Shown here: positions 47,901 through 58,300 of the stretch, in pieces
How positions within the stretch are numbered: the first letter of the stretch is position 1
How the letters are laid out: every line of letters starts with the position of its first letter
From: Acanthaster planci
Lineage: Eukaryota
Assembly (NCBI RefSeq): GCF_001949145.1
Contig: NW_019091361.1
Span: 1,494,374 to 1,558,373 of the forward strand
DNA: 64,000 nt
Direction of reading: 5' to 3'
The notes under the pieces: model-generated
What the model saw: only the letters and a program-made list of their open reading frames with translations
Told to the model about the DNA's origin: nothing
The model's database searches: none
Position numbers and translations under genes: made by a program

Positions 47901-50886
47901 GCTCATTTCAAAATCCTGGTTTTAAACAATTAAATCTAGCTACAGCAACCAAAACATCAAAGATGTGCCTGGCAAACTTACCTTTGCTGGTCTGGCTTTC
48001 TTGGCCAATGGTTCCTCCTCATCATCATCTGAATGTGTCTAAAATGTCCAAAAATACATAAATAAAATAAAAAAATCTGATCAGCCACTTAAAACCACAG
48101 CTATTAGAATGCACAAGGATTTCAGATTAGCTGTCAGCTTGGGATCACTTAACCTGGTTGAAGATTTGAAAATGTGGAATGCCGTGACCTCGTGGTTAAG
48201 AGCACTGGATTTGTACTCGGCGGGTAAAGCTGCGGGTTCGAATCCAGTCTGGGGTCAAGTTGAATGTGCCCTTGGGCAAGGCATTTTGTCACTCATTGCT
48301 CTCTCCACCCAGAAGCAACTGGGCAAATGTACCTGTGAGGGCAGAGATGGTTATTGTGCCTTGCACCGAAATGACTGCGTCATGTGTATACTCTCTAGGG
48401 AGCTGAGGTGGGAGTTGAAATGTTTCATGGGCCCAGCGAGCAGGGGTAATAATAATGGAAAGTGCTTTGATCTCAGTTAAAAGCGCTATATAAAAACTTG
48501 TTATTGTCACTATTAAAGCAAACCACTGCATGCTTTGCTTCATCAGCTCCTAACTGAAATGAGAAGTATTTTGTCCTGATGGCCAGCTAATATGAGTAAA
48601 TATCACCACTGTTTTACAAGTTTGATACCAACGGACCTCTGGAAGTGATGGTGCAGTGATCTTTATGGGCTGAGCTGACTTCTTCTTTGGTGCCGGAAGG
48701 TTGAGTGATCTGCCAGTAGATGATGAAGATGAAGAAGTGGTTGATGCTGTTGCAGGGAACTGAATGTCGTCTGTCTCTTCTACGTGAAAAGGAACCTTTG
48801 AATTAATCGTCCATACTTGTAAGTGCTCAGAAGGATCTTTTTGTTATGAGCCGTAGCCTGAGCTGGGCTTTCCAAGCTAATGCCAATTTAACACATTTAA
48901 GAAGCAAAGACTGCCCCGGCTATGATGGTAATTCTGAGTGGTACTTTAGCTGTAAGAAGTTGAAAATTAAATGAAACAAAACTGGTCATGCTGTTAATGT
49001 CAACACACACAGTCCGCCTCAACAAACAAGTGCCCAAACCTGGTGTATTACACTGTTACATTGTACACTTTTTGGTTGTGAACGAAGTCACATTCACCAT
49101 CCGGCAGGAAAATGAAAAATAAAAAAATCATCTTTTTTTCCCCTCAATCCGTCAGAAAAATATGGTAGCAGCCAGTTGGGTAGTATGACTGGCACCACTA
49201 TTTTTGTACTTTGTCACACGTCACTAGGCTAAATATTTCACATTTAAAAATCTTAAGATATGTTTAAATCAATGTAGTAAACAGAATGTACATGTATTAG
49301 GCCCATTCAGGTGAGGTCGGATGACTCAACCGTTTGCCAATTCGAATTTGGACAACTTGACTGTTGTGACAACTCGATCGGTGGGACAACTCGACCATTT
49401 GCTGAGTCATCTGCTTGGCCCAACATCTGCCCAATTTCCGGATGCCAGCTTGGTTTTCATCTTGGACTATTAACATGACAATGCATGAAGTTTCAAAAGT
49501 GTGTAGGGCACTGTAGGCTTTGTATAAAGCAAGTACTAAACAGTGTGAATTTGACGCATTTGACACGTGTCGACAGATGACTTGGCTGAGTGGAAACTTG
49601 TCTAATGGACAACTTGTCTCAATGGTGGAGTTGACCTAAGTCAAGTTGGGAATGGTCCAGTTGTCTGGACTCCTATTCAGGAGCCTAATTCAATATTGTG
49701 ACCACACTGCTTATGCATGAAAATGCTTGCATTATTTGTCAATACTAAAATGTTGCAGCTGCTTATTTTTTTGAATAGAGAGAATTCTTACCATTCTTGT
49801 CGAATTTGAAACAAAGTTCTTATTTTAAATAGCATGACCCGTGCAAAAAGAGCTGCCTATCCACCTCGAGCAGAAGCACCCCTTCATCATGTTCATTGGG
49901 TGAAAAGAGCCGTGTTGGTTGGGAGTGTTCATTTTGCTGGTAGGCCTATCAATGCTTAGAAAATAGTACCCTCTCTTGGTCCAGCTAAGGCCTAAACTAA
50001 AGCTTGGCCCACGGACCTTCATGTACATGGATAGGTCCCTACTGTTACTGACATGATCAGCTTACTCCCAGAACTGTCATCACTGTGAGGCACTCATGGA
50101 ATTGGCCTACTCCATGTACACAGAGTAGTGGCTCACTGTATGATCAGGCAATAATTGACAACGATTGATATTGATTGTCAAGCATGGGATGACTAGCACG
50201 GCATGTAAGCATGAATGATGTATAAACATGATAAAGTAATCTTTACTTTAACATCTTTCACTACAGTGTCACATTGACACTCTGAATGGATATTTATGTT
50301 ACGCCCCAAGTGTAGCATAAGTCCCGACTATAGTTGGGACAGTCCCAACTGTAGTGCTGCAGTTGGGCTGGTCCAACTACAGCAGAGAGTCTGTGGCAAA
50401 TGTCTCAACATTATCCAAGTCAATGTGTCTCACACTTGACACAATTCATCTAAAATGTGGCACTTCATCTGTTCATCTAGCCCTTTGACCCATGACATAT
50501 TTGTAAACAATATGACTTTAGCACATGCTGGGCACATCATGCACACAGGACCTCTTTGCTGTAGTTGGGCCAGCCCAACTGTATTCTGTAGCACTCTAAT
50601 TTTGGGACGGGCCCAACTATAGTTGGGACTTATGCTATAGTTGGGGCGTAACATTTACAACCATGACAACCGTACCTGGTTGATGTATATCCAATAATTT
50701 TGGAGCTGGTAAACTTGAAAACAGTGACGACTTCGATCTTGGGTCTTCTTCAAGATCAGACAAGTTCATCAAGGTGGAGCTGGAGGCTTCTTCGGCACGC
50801 TTTCCTACGTTAGATTGTTCTTCTGTTTCCTCTTCAGCATTTGAAGTTTCGTCATCACTACTTGAATTGTAATTTACCAACGACAT
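35985..50886 (-). CDS. PRCC: Proline-rich protein PRCC homolog, 7 coding exons, ~481 aa
   Basis: Exons (minus): 50886-50676, 48779-48637, 48038-47982, 38934-38200, 37735-37589, 36665-36600, 36071-35985; GT-AG, phases 1,0,0,0,0,0. Motifs MSLVNYNSSSDDE, LFSSLPAPK, PIKITAPSL, GLFAMLPKPRN, FQRLMGKRN and the diagnostic C-terminus PTGQQRRKHQITFLAHQAKERELELKNQWANNRQTRKDTQMKYGF. Probable 5'UTR exon with donor at 51154-51155. Confidence 0.95.
36908..37152. mobile_element. CAGTG-terminated MITE family (hAT-like ends) containing a ~4x 24-bp tandem repeat
   Basis: CAGTGTTG...CAAAACACTG ends; AAGTCCCTTCACAAATCCAGTCAC units at ~36936-37031; GAATGCTTTT core shared with copies at 46442, 55068 and 55836. Confidence 0.65.
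39274..39635. mobile_element. Long-TIR palindromic MITE family B, copy 1
   Basis: Arms GCCTTTTGCGAGTTAAATTTGAATAAAATCTGGT..CCCCAGACT.AAGACACTGT / ACAGTGT.TTTAGTCTGGGGAATT..AACTCACAAAAAGGC. Confidence 0.8.
40249..40607. mobile_element. Long-TIR palindromic MITE family B, copy 2 (interior inverted relative to copy 1)
   Basis: Same arms. Interior GGAACCAGTCCATTCCAGAGATGGTGG is the reverse complement of CCACCATCTCTGGAATAGACTGGTTC in copy 1. Confidence 0.8.
40809..40975. repeat. Compound tetranucleotide microsatellite (AAAC/AGAC/AACC)n
   Basis: Directly visible tandem 4-mers; they explain the spurious hydrophobic ORFs at 40589-41044. Confidence 0.95.
43360..45741 (-). CDS. Large terminal exon encoding a tandem BEN-domain protein (793 aa), nested on the same strand in PRCC intron 3
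   Basis: Stop-free for 2382 nt after the acceptor ttttgtgtttgtgttgcgcag|GAC (phase 0). Two BEN-type motifs: RRLADVLFTDDERCYCNCSG..LDPIRMQAL..W..CVKSID and CQLANILFTPAEREGASCLG..LDSIRLDALR..WSYCVKAID. Upstream CCxxC plus a short coiled coil (CLKKIDLLEQKVKKILEHL). Confidence 0.88.
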   Translation of the reverse strand, partial: DSRNSSSPGPDRNLLRKKKCTAKERGEHTMEELLELSRSAMEQLHQKLELQRHQMVLLSGGGFGLHQTNSTPSFPKAGPAGHTTSNATQLQGLAQVFPPALGFQGSPVLNAALHPGLASLMQAPGLDLPRNAGLLGSQSLPFASAVNVSAANHDLTKSLLSPFPFPAINPGGIAGLQPFPLGSAVGISQPLAQPGWVPNTHPPSPPADSDHSPQVTHKNCCGACLKKIDLLEQKVKKILEHLITKELAQGSTLPPVLDPFPAPTSLASQSPSPQDGHTFLNTSPSGGSSSVPSSSALQVGQEMQNAFMQAVHHEQSSPFQSSTKPRIVYPQLMTDPLIPVKISSAAEHKCPPKLADPPITTNVAPAFASLCSSPSDSRRLTPSSVNACSSQTKGPLLLSSKITLPAENNDKYAYQSLMRYRGTSKLFKIDYDQHAAHKSNIHFNQGGDSSHLSVEDTCMLQTDHFQFPLEIYSAADFHSLPSKIQYILNVVERDKHGKATKLEVKQEILNSLAPYIKDRNSISRRLADVLFTDDERCYCNCSGWRKPAALDPIRMQALTDAVFKLCPCPEEQKKHLWHECVKSIDAASRHIVRVRKNKGKMPRHGKWLPTNHQEPAEQPLFAVATMEVDPSHEGINYDNLPVRLQSVLDITQRDANGKVCKVEIKEPVLVRFTYLSNSRLNVACQLANILFTPAEREGASCLGRPGTRQLDSIRLDALREGTFRICPAPLTEQKHLWSYCVKAIDRLSVNPDMSYPTSSATLVYPNIKAEDETPGEYEVLAEDISHSSPEDEN
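46194..46298 (-). CDS. Candidate 105-nt phase 0/0 exon upstream of the BEN exon
   Basis: Acceptor ttctctccttacatgtag|ACT, donor ATG|GTAAGT; open frame TKHYLGRHSLGSPAINSVASHNIGGNNHLAGGGRM. Confidence 0.6.
46442..46614. mobile_element. CAGTG-terminated MITE family, further copy
   Basis: CAGTGTGG...CAACACTG ends; central ACAAAGGAATGCTTTTGT..TTGAATAGC. Confidence 0.6.
47398..47478. mobile_element. Miniature piggyBac-like element (TTAA TSD, CCCTA ends), copy 1
   Basis: TTAA|CCCTA...TAGGG|TTAA; interior homologous to 52433-52502. Confidence 0.7.
48176..48514 (+). mobile_element. tRNA-derived SINE in PRCC intron 2 (antisense to PRCC)
   Basis: Pol III A-box-like TGACCTCGTGGTTAAGAGC and B-box GGTTCGAATCC; central GTGCCCTTGGGCAAGGCA..CTCTCCACCCAG core seen in widespread invertebrate SINEs; LINE-like tail AAAGCGCTATATAAAAACTTGTTATT. 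Confidence 0.85.
50297..50653. mobile_element. Non-autonomous TIR element with TGT...ACA ends and a 4-bp TSD (Ginger-like), copy 2, in PRCC coding intron 1
   Basis: TTTA|TGTTACGCCCCAA...TTGGGGCGTAACA|TTTA; ~90-bp imperfect TIRs built from CCAACTATAGTTGG palindromes. Confidence 0.85.
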
Positions 50887-51260
50887 CCTGTAAGTTTTTG
50901 CAACAAACCACAACTTATGAGAAATAATAAGGACCTTTTTGTGTAATTTGGCCCCGTTTCCGAATTGTGGTTTTTTTTCAACAATGCTCGTGATATTAGA
51001 ATTATGACTTGTTTCCTGTCTCGCACAGAATACTTCGTACGGTTTTGAAAAGGAGAACCAGATTAAAATCAAACGTCCACACAGAATCTACAGAGGGCGC
51101 CATAACAAGACCATAAACGCAACGACAATTCCGCGCGCGCGCGGGATACTCTTACCTGCTGACCGTGCTGGCGGTTAGGTGCATGTACAATGTAAACGAA
51201 GTAGTGTTTTTTTCTTTTGACTGACTGAAGCCTTTGAAAGAATTTGCCAAATCCCAGGTC

Positions 51261-54200
51261 ATGACTGATTTACAGGTAATAATTAATATTCACTTTGAAG
51301 GTATCCAGCCAAGTATTTACTACTGTACTAGCTTAGACCCGTAAACAGAGCCCGACATATACTCTTCCGTGTCCTCTGGGCCAATGTCGGACAACTCGAC
51401 CGTTGAGACAACTCAACCGTTAATCAAGTCGCCCGTTTGACAACTCGACTTTGACAGAGAGGCAACTCGACCAGTGAGATCTTTACACATAATATTACAG
51501 TCGTCTACCCAATTCCAGATCGGGAAAATTATTCAGTCAAAAAATCCTCAAATTCTAGTGAAATGTGGTCACCATCCAGTGATCCACCATGTGTGCTAGA
51601 GATGCTACCAAATTAATTTCAGATTTTAAACTTGGACGTACACTACAGGATCTACAAAAGTGGCGACACTTTTCCTTGTTCTGGATCGGTTTTCAGAAAG
51701 TAACCACCCTGACCACGGGAGCAGCAAATCCATTTTCAGCCCAGAACCATTGTAAAATGCGTATTTTCAAATGAAAATTTTCTTAATTTTGATAAATTTG
51801 GTTCATAAATTAAATAAATAAAAAAATTAGATAAAACAGCTACATTGTATAAATGGATGCCATTTTAAATTGCAGTGGACAAACGCGCACAGCAGTTGGG
51901 GATGAGCGGGTTCCAACTATAATGGATTGTCAGTAGACACTGGAACATAATGTCTGTGGGGGCTCGGTGGATGAGTCCCATCTCTTCGCCATACATGTAC
52001 ATGTAGGAAAGTGCCCATGTGAACAAATCATGGCATTATTATGTCATAGGTCTATTCCATGTTTCCTTTATTTTTTATGTCTATGCCAGCCCGAAGTAAG
52101 TGCATCGCACAAAGTGTGTTGCATGAGACTAGAAATCCTCCTGCTTGTGTGATACTTTTTAGTATCAAGATCTCTTTTCTTCCCTCCAAAGTGTTCTCCC
52201 AGCTCGCCCCGGGTGGCAGCTGACCAGACTCTTCGGAGCTCCAGCCGACTGAGAGAGAAGTCCCAGCGGAGGTTCACCCTGCCCACTCGCAGAGAAGCCC
52301 TGGACAGTGTGGTCCCCGACGAGACACCCTTCAAGAATTACAGAGACTACAAGCCACGAAAACTGATCAATAACTTTATCAAAGAGTAAGTCATCCATAT
52401 CATGGGATGTAAAGGCCACACTGAGACAGGGTTTAACCCTAACTCCCTAGGGTGTGTGCAAAATGATATTAAAATTGGAAGATTCAGGGCTGTTAGGGTT
52501 AATATACTACATGGAGTACATAGTGCACCTGTGAACCTATTGATAAATGATATCCAGCTTGTTTAGAGGCAAGTACATTCTACGTGTAGGAAAGTACCGG
52601 TGTGGGAAGAGAAACTTAACAGACTTTTCGGCAGGAGAGAGGGTACCCAGTGGAAAATAAGTTCAAACATCTGTGACCTTATTGCAACACACGGGATCCG
52701 TGCAACTGGCAGGGCACTGTCAGTATTGCTCTGAAGTTAGGGCTCACCAAGTAGACAGACACTGGAGTGGAGCAAACTGGCAATCTTGCCACCCTTGCAG
52801 AGGACTGGAGGGTATAGGGCAGTCAATGGGAGCCTAACTGCAGCCAATATGATGTTGATGATGATGAAGAATTGGAAATACATCTGATCATGTGATAATT
52901 TTTCCCAGATTTGAGACGTTGAGATAACATAACACCTCTGATTCTCATCACAACTGCGCAGCTCTTTCTAGGGTTTAACAGTTTTAAGATCCTTTTCAAA
53001 TCTGTCTCCTTACATGTTGGATTTATATATGTGTGTATTAACAAGTGACCCTTAATTTTGGTATCTTTTCTACAGTGATTCTGTGATGTTTAAACCATCT
53101 CACAATAATTAAAAAGGGGTTTTGTAGCCCACTATTTTTACATGTACTTTCTTTTGCCTTCTGTCAACCTGTTCATTTATTTGAACTAATTACATGTGTA
53201 TCTTCTTCCTTTCACCGTGTTCACCCCCTACCCCACCCACCTACATGTATGTAGGAGAAATACCTACAACAATCCAGACAGAATTGACCAGTTTGACGAG
53301 TTTTCTGATGAAGAATTCATCAATGACAACACTTCCAGCAGTGACGACTCAACCCAAGAGGGCAGTCCATGGTCAGAGTCTCCATCTCACAGCAGCAGTG
53401 ATGACGATGATGATGAGCCCGTCCAGGCGACTGCCAGAAATCCTCGTAAGGCAAAGAGCAAACGGAAAACCTCCTCAGGGAGAAATGGAAGCGACAGTGA
53501 GGAGTTGGCCAGCCCCTTGAAGATGCGCAAGCCAAGACCACTTGCAGAACTGTTGTCCGGATCAGATGATCCGGACAACAGCAGTGGGGATGATCTGCCA
53601 TTGACTGCTCCGAGAAAGAAATGGCGTGGAAGAGCCTCAATTCAGTGTGAAGAGTCTTCTGACGATGACAAGGACCAGCCTGGAGCATTTACCCTAGATC
53701 TCTCTGGAAGTGTGTCTGTCAAAGTCGAGTCTGGTGACAATGAACGAAATGGCACAGAAGTTGAGACTAGTGCCATCAAAGCAGAACTCCAGGATGAACA
53801 CAAAGGAGGGAACTTAGCAATCAAAGCTGACCCTGAAGACAGAGAATACGATATAGAAGGTGAAAATGTTGCCTTCAAAGTGGAACCTTTGGATGAAGCG
53901 AACAAGTTCAGAGGCGATGCGAATACCGCTGATGAATCACATGAGTCCAGTGACGGGACAGAGAGTGAGGATGATTCATTCATTGCTACCAGTAGTTCCA
54001 GCGACGATGGGGCACTCGATCCAGAAGGGAACATTTCACCGTTGGAAAACTTTCAGGCAGACCAACCGTCCCATGAAGAGCTGATCTGCAATTATCGGCA
54101 GCGGAGGCTGAGACCTAAAAAGGCTTTGGCAGTCAAAAAGAAGCGAAGCTTTCGCAAGTCTCTTGATAGCGACAGTAGCAGCTGTCAGTCGGATGGCAGC

Positions 54201-54368
54201 ACCAGTTGGGACAAGGATAAGTCAGGCGAACACTCGAAGGATTGCGCAATGCGCCCACTGTCAAAACGGGCAGAGCATTTGCAAAGGAAGAAAGCTGTGT
54301 GGAAAACGGAGGTTCTTGGGAGTTACAAAAACGAGAGAGAGAAAAAATTATCAAAAACAAAGAAATGA
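51261..54368 (+). CDS. Uncharacterised acidic/Ser-rich, Lys/Arg-patched (nuclear-type) protein, 3 exons, ~440 aa
   Basis: Exons 51261-51275 (MTDLQ|gtaata), 52192-52385 (CSPSSPR..NNFIKE|gtaagt), 53255-54368; phases 0,2 are consistent. Long open last exon with D/E/S tracts and basic clusters (RKAKSKRK, RQRRLRPKK, KKKRSFRK). The first two exons are less certain than the last. Confidence 0.72.
52433..52502. mobile_element. Miniature piggyBac-like element, copy 2
   Basis: TTAA|CCCTAAC...GTTAGGG|TTAA. Confidence 0.72.
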
Positions 54369-55067
54369 CTGTTTTCAGTGGTGTAAGAGGCTTTGTTGCT
54401 GGAATATCTCAAAAGTAGACTGCTTTTGCTGTACATGAATGACCTTTGTCAATAAAACCTTCCATTGTAAACATGTTTGCAATGTGTGCTTGCAGACACA
54501 TGAATTATGTAAAATGTAATGTAGACATTGAATATCCGTATTCACATAAATGTGCTTTGGAAAAGGCAAAGAAAGTACGTGTTCATTGTACCCTGAATTA
54601 TGCAAGTGCTTGGCTCAACGCGTCAGGTCACATCATTTTAAAAACGTATAGATACCTCAAGTGTAGAGGGGTGAGTCTCCACTGTGCATGTTTTCACATG
54701 CATCAATTTCTGTTAAAGAAAATTGTGACTTTGATGATGGTCCGTTGTGAGAACGGACATGTGTTACACTGTTGAATGTTTTTGAATTCACATGTACCGT
54801 ACAATTTTAATGGAAATGAATTACAGACCCACCATGTCATCAAAATGAAAAGAGCAAGGAGGTCTTCTGATGACAACCAGATCTGTGTTAAAAGTCCAAT
54901 ATATGGAATTTTACAGTGTCTGCCAACAATTGGCTGTACTTTTCAACTCGTGAGATTCATGGGTACATGTACGCACTTGTATTATTTTTTTGTTGTTTAA
55001 ACAAAGACTCCTTGTACATATACGTCCCGATTGTATAAGAAACGACAATTATTGTGTACACACTACA

Positions 55068-55222
55068 CAGTGCTGTAGAGTCACTCACAAGGCCAGTCAC
55101 AAGTCTTGTCTCACTTGAGACCAGTTGAGATGCTGTGAACAACAAAGGAATGCTTTTATCACATTTCACTTGAGTAGGCTGTGACTGGGTGACTTGTGAT
55201 GGGCTTGGGACAGACTCAACAA
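55068..55222. mobile_element. CAGTG-terminated MITE family copy, directly abutting a family A MITE
   Basis: CAGTGCTG..CCAGTCACAAGTC..ACAAAGGAATGCTTTT..GACTTGTGATGGGC; a further degenerate copy lies at 55836-56025. Confidence 0.6.
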
Positions 55223-55390
55223 TACGGCCGTTTCACAACAGTGCGCCACCAAGAGTTTGCAATGCGTTGGCCAATCACAATGTGTGAAATCTGTCAACCC
55301 AATGCGCGTTTGGAAAGGGTTGACAAATTTCGCGCATTATGATTGGCCAACGCACTGCAATCTCTTGGTGGCGCACTATTGTGAATCGCC
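55223..55390. mobile_element. Palindromic MITE family A, copy 4
   Basis: TACGGCCGTTTCACAACAGTGCGCCACCAAGAG...CTCTTGGTGGCGCACTATTGTGAATCGCC; interior reversed relative to copy 2. Confidence 0.88.
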
Positions 55391-58300
55391 AAAATTAAAG
55401 TGTGTGATGCAACAATTTTGGTTCTGGAAGACAGAGAGACAAAATAACGTCAGATTTCATGACAGCTGTGACATCTCTCATTTTCTATTTATTTTCAATT
55501 GACAGGATTTTTTTTTTCAGAAAACCTTTTTACTTTTAGTACAATGCGTATGTTTGTTCACATTTAAAAATAATACTGGATTAATTTGTCTTTCAAAGAT
55601 CTACTACACAAAGTATGTTAAAGCAGCCCAGTGCACATGTGCATGGATAACAGGGATGCAAGAGGCAAAATTTAGAAAAAGGTTTTGGAGTGTTTGTGGG
55701 TACAGGTAATTAATTATAATGTACAGAGTTTGAACAATGAACCAATGGAGTTCCTTGATGGCAAGCTACTGCCACACACCTGTAAGCTAAAGCCAATATT
55801 ACATTGGCAAATAATTAAGCTTCGTAGCCATTGAGCAGTGTTGGGGTCATCCAATCTCAAGTCCTTTCATAAGACCAGTCATACATGTACATACAGATCG
55901 AAGGGTGAACAAAGGAATGCCTTTGTTCCATTTCATTTGAATTCAGAATGTACATGTAGCTTGTGACTTAGCTTGTGGCATAAGACTGAATGACTCTTAA
56001 TGGACTTTTGATGGACTCCACCATGATATTGCTATTGAGATCAACACAATATCCAAACTCATGAATTGGTAGCGGTCTTTTGACCATTTTTCTTACCTTC
56101 ATTGTCAAGAATAGTTAATTGGCAATCTTCCTAAATGTACATTGTATCTATTGTTGGCTTCTAAAATTAATGGATGACAAGTCTTCATTAGACTACATGT
56201 ACATGTATTTATGTATGCACACCGATAGTGGATAAAATGGAAAAATAACATACATTTCAACAAGGGTTCACTGGGACTGACAAGTTGGTAGTTGGCTCAA
56301 CTCTTTGTACGGACTGGTCGTATGCAAGAGTAAAGCACGACTCAAGGGGAAATTGCATCTATTGCATGTACCCTTCTGTGTAACTTTTCCTTCCTTCATA
56401 AGGCCACCTGATCTGGGGTCAAGGGTTATGTCTAGAGCATAGATGTACATGCACAGTACCTATGCACCATACACCTGGTTTTGTTCACAGGTTATCTTAT
56501 TTTTTCCTTTGAGCCTTTTATTAAAGTTTTGTGCAGCCCGGCTGTCATTTGGCATCAATTTTATAAAAATTTGATGTACGTTCCTGGGGAAATCATGGGG
56601 GCCTTGTTGCATTGTGACACTGGGCATATTCATTAAGCATTTCATATCAAAATCCTTTTAGTAGATTGAACAATCAATAATGGAGGAGGAAAAGGATTGG
56701 CCTTTTCAGGGATAAAGTTAGAGAAAGTTGAGCTTGGTTGCAGCTTCAGGAGGCAAGTCTCAGTCAATTCACCGTCACACTTTTCCATTCACTTAAACTC
56801 CAAATGGTGAAAAATTTGCCAAACTAAAAAGGGCTGCAGTTCATGACATGCGTGTAAGAAGTTTGACGCTAGTTTGGGTCTTATGCCTACCCTGGCTCAC
56901 ACATTCAGATTGCCGACCCTGGCTCACACATTCAGAGCATTACCACTGAAGAGCCAATCTGTCATGGCAGCTGTACGGCCACTGCACGCTTGTAGCTGTT
57001 CAAGAATTTCACATCTACTGAAATTATTCGCTGCATTCTTCATGAGAACTTCATGTAGACGTAGTTGAGTGACATTAAATTTTGATATCAGTAAAGTATG
57101 TGGATTAAATAGTCATGATTGCCCTTGAAAATCAATGCATAAAGATTATAAGTCAAGCAATGACTGTCCATTTTTTCCAATACTTGATTCCATTTCTAGT
57201 TCAGCTACAGATTAACGACAGGTTGAGAAAGCCAAAAGGGTGCAAAAAAAAATCATTAGTGCTTGGTGGAGACTGATTTCAATTTAAATCATGAATCAAT
57301 TAAATACAAACTACCAATTTTACATCAACTTTTCTTGGAATGAAGGAGATTGACAGTTACATTTTTGCCAAGTCAAACTATTTACAGATCAAATTCATGT
57401 AAGTTGCAATTTTAGTCTCTGCTACAGTACTTACAAACAGTGAGACTTACTCTGTGTGCTGTGAAAACAACATCCCTGTACATGCATCAATACATTTACA
57501 AAATTTGTAGACATTTCAAGTTTTATCAGCTTTGGTGACATTTTGACAGTAAAGGTGATAGAATGAAAAAAAAAACAGGTATTTTAGTTTTACTTGAAAA
57601 TTCTGTAAAATTTGATGGTTTTATCTATTTCTACAGTACTTGAAGGTAATTTTTTGCACATAATTACATGTATTTGATAAAGGAGTGAACTGACAACCAA
57701 TTTCAAGAAACATTAATCATTTCAGCTTTGTAAAAATAAACTTGCCAAGGAAAATTAAAAACTGTGAAACTAATTTCTCTTGTAGCTTCGTTTATCTTTT
57801 TCTTGGGGGGGGGAAGAAGAGGAGAGTGTCTCCCCATTCATAATTTTGAAATACGACCTAAGAGCTAGGTTATTTTGGCCCCCCTCACAGCCGGGTGGGG
57901 GTGGATACTGCCCCCCCCCCGAACTTGGCTGTGCCTTGGTCGATTTGTTTCAACTTGGCAGGCAAGTGCATGTACACACTCTCCTTATTACAAGTGTGAA
58001 GTTTGATGCCAATCACATAATCAGTTACATTATGATCATTTGAAGTTCAAGCCTGAACGCGTACCAGAGAAACAGTATACAGTTTTTGCTGACGCAGTCT
58101 CGGAAAAATTGGCACTGCACAAGAATGGTAGGATTAATTTTCAGAAAAGTGGTGACAAAAAGAACACAGTGAGTTACTCTAAAACTCTTTTAAAGGTTCA
58201 GCTCCTGGTAAAAATGCACTGCGGGAAAATCAGAAAAACTGTTGGGGGCTGGATTCCCCCCCCCCTTTTTTTTAGGGTTAAGCGACCCCCTAAAAAATGT

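Noticed and set aside
48176..48260. tRNA gene
   Set aside because: Has A/B boxes but no proper acceptor stem or terminator, and continues into a SINE core and tail.
49300..51475. Degenerate GACAACTCGACC repeats at ~49310-49670 and ~51385-51475
   Set aside because: Probably an old transposon family, but ends and TSDs could not be defined well enough to call.
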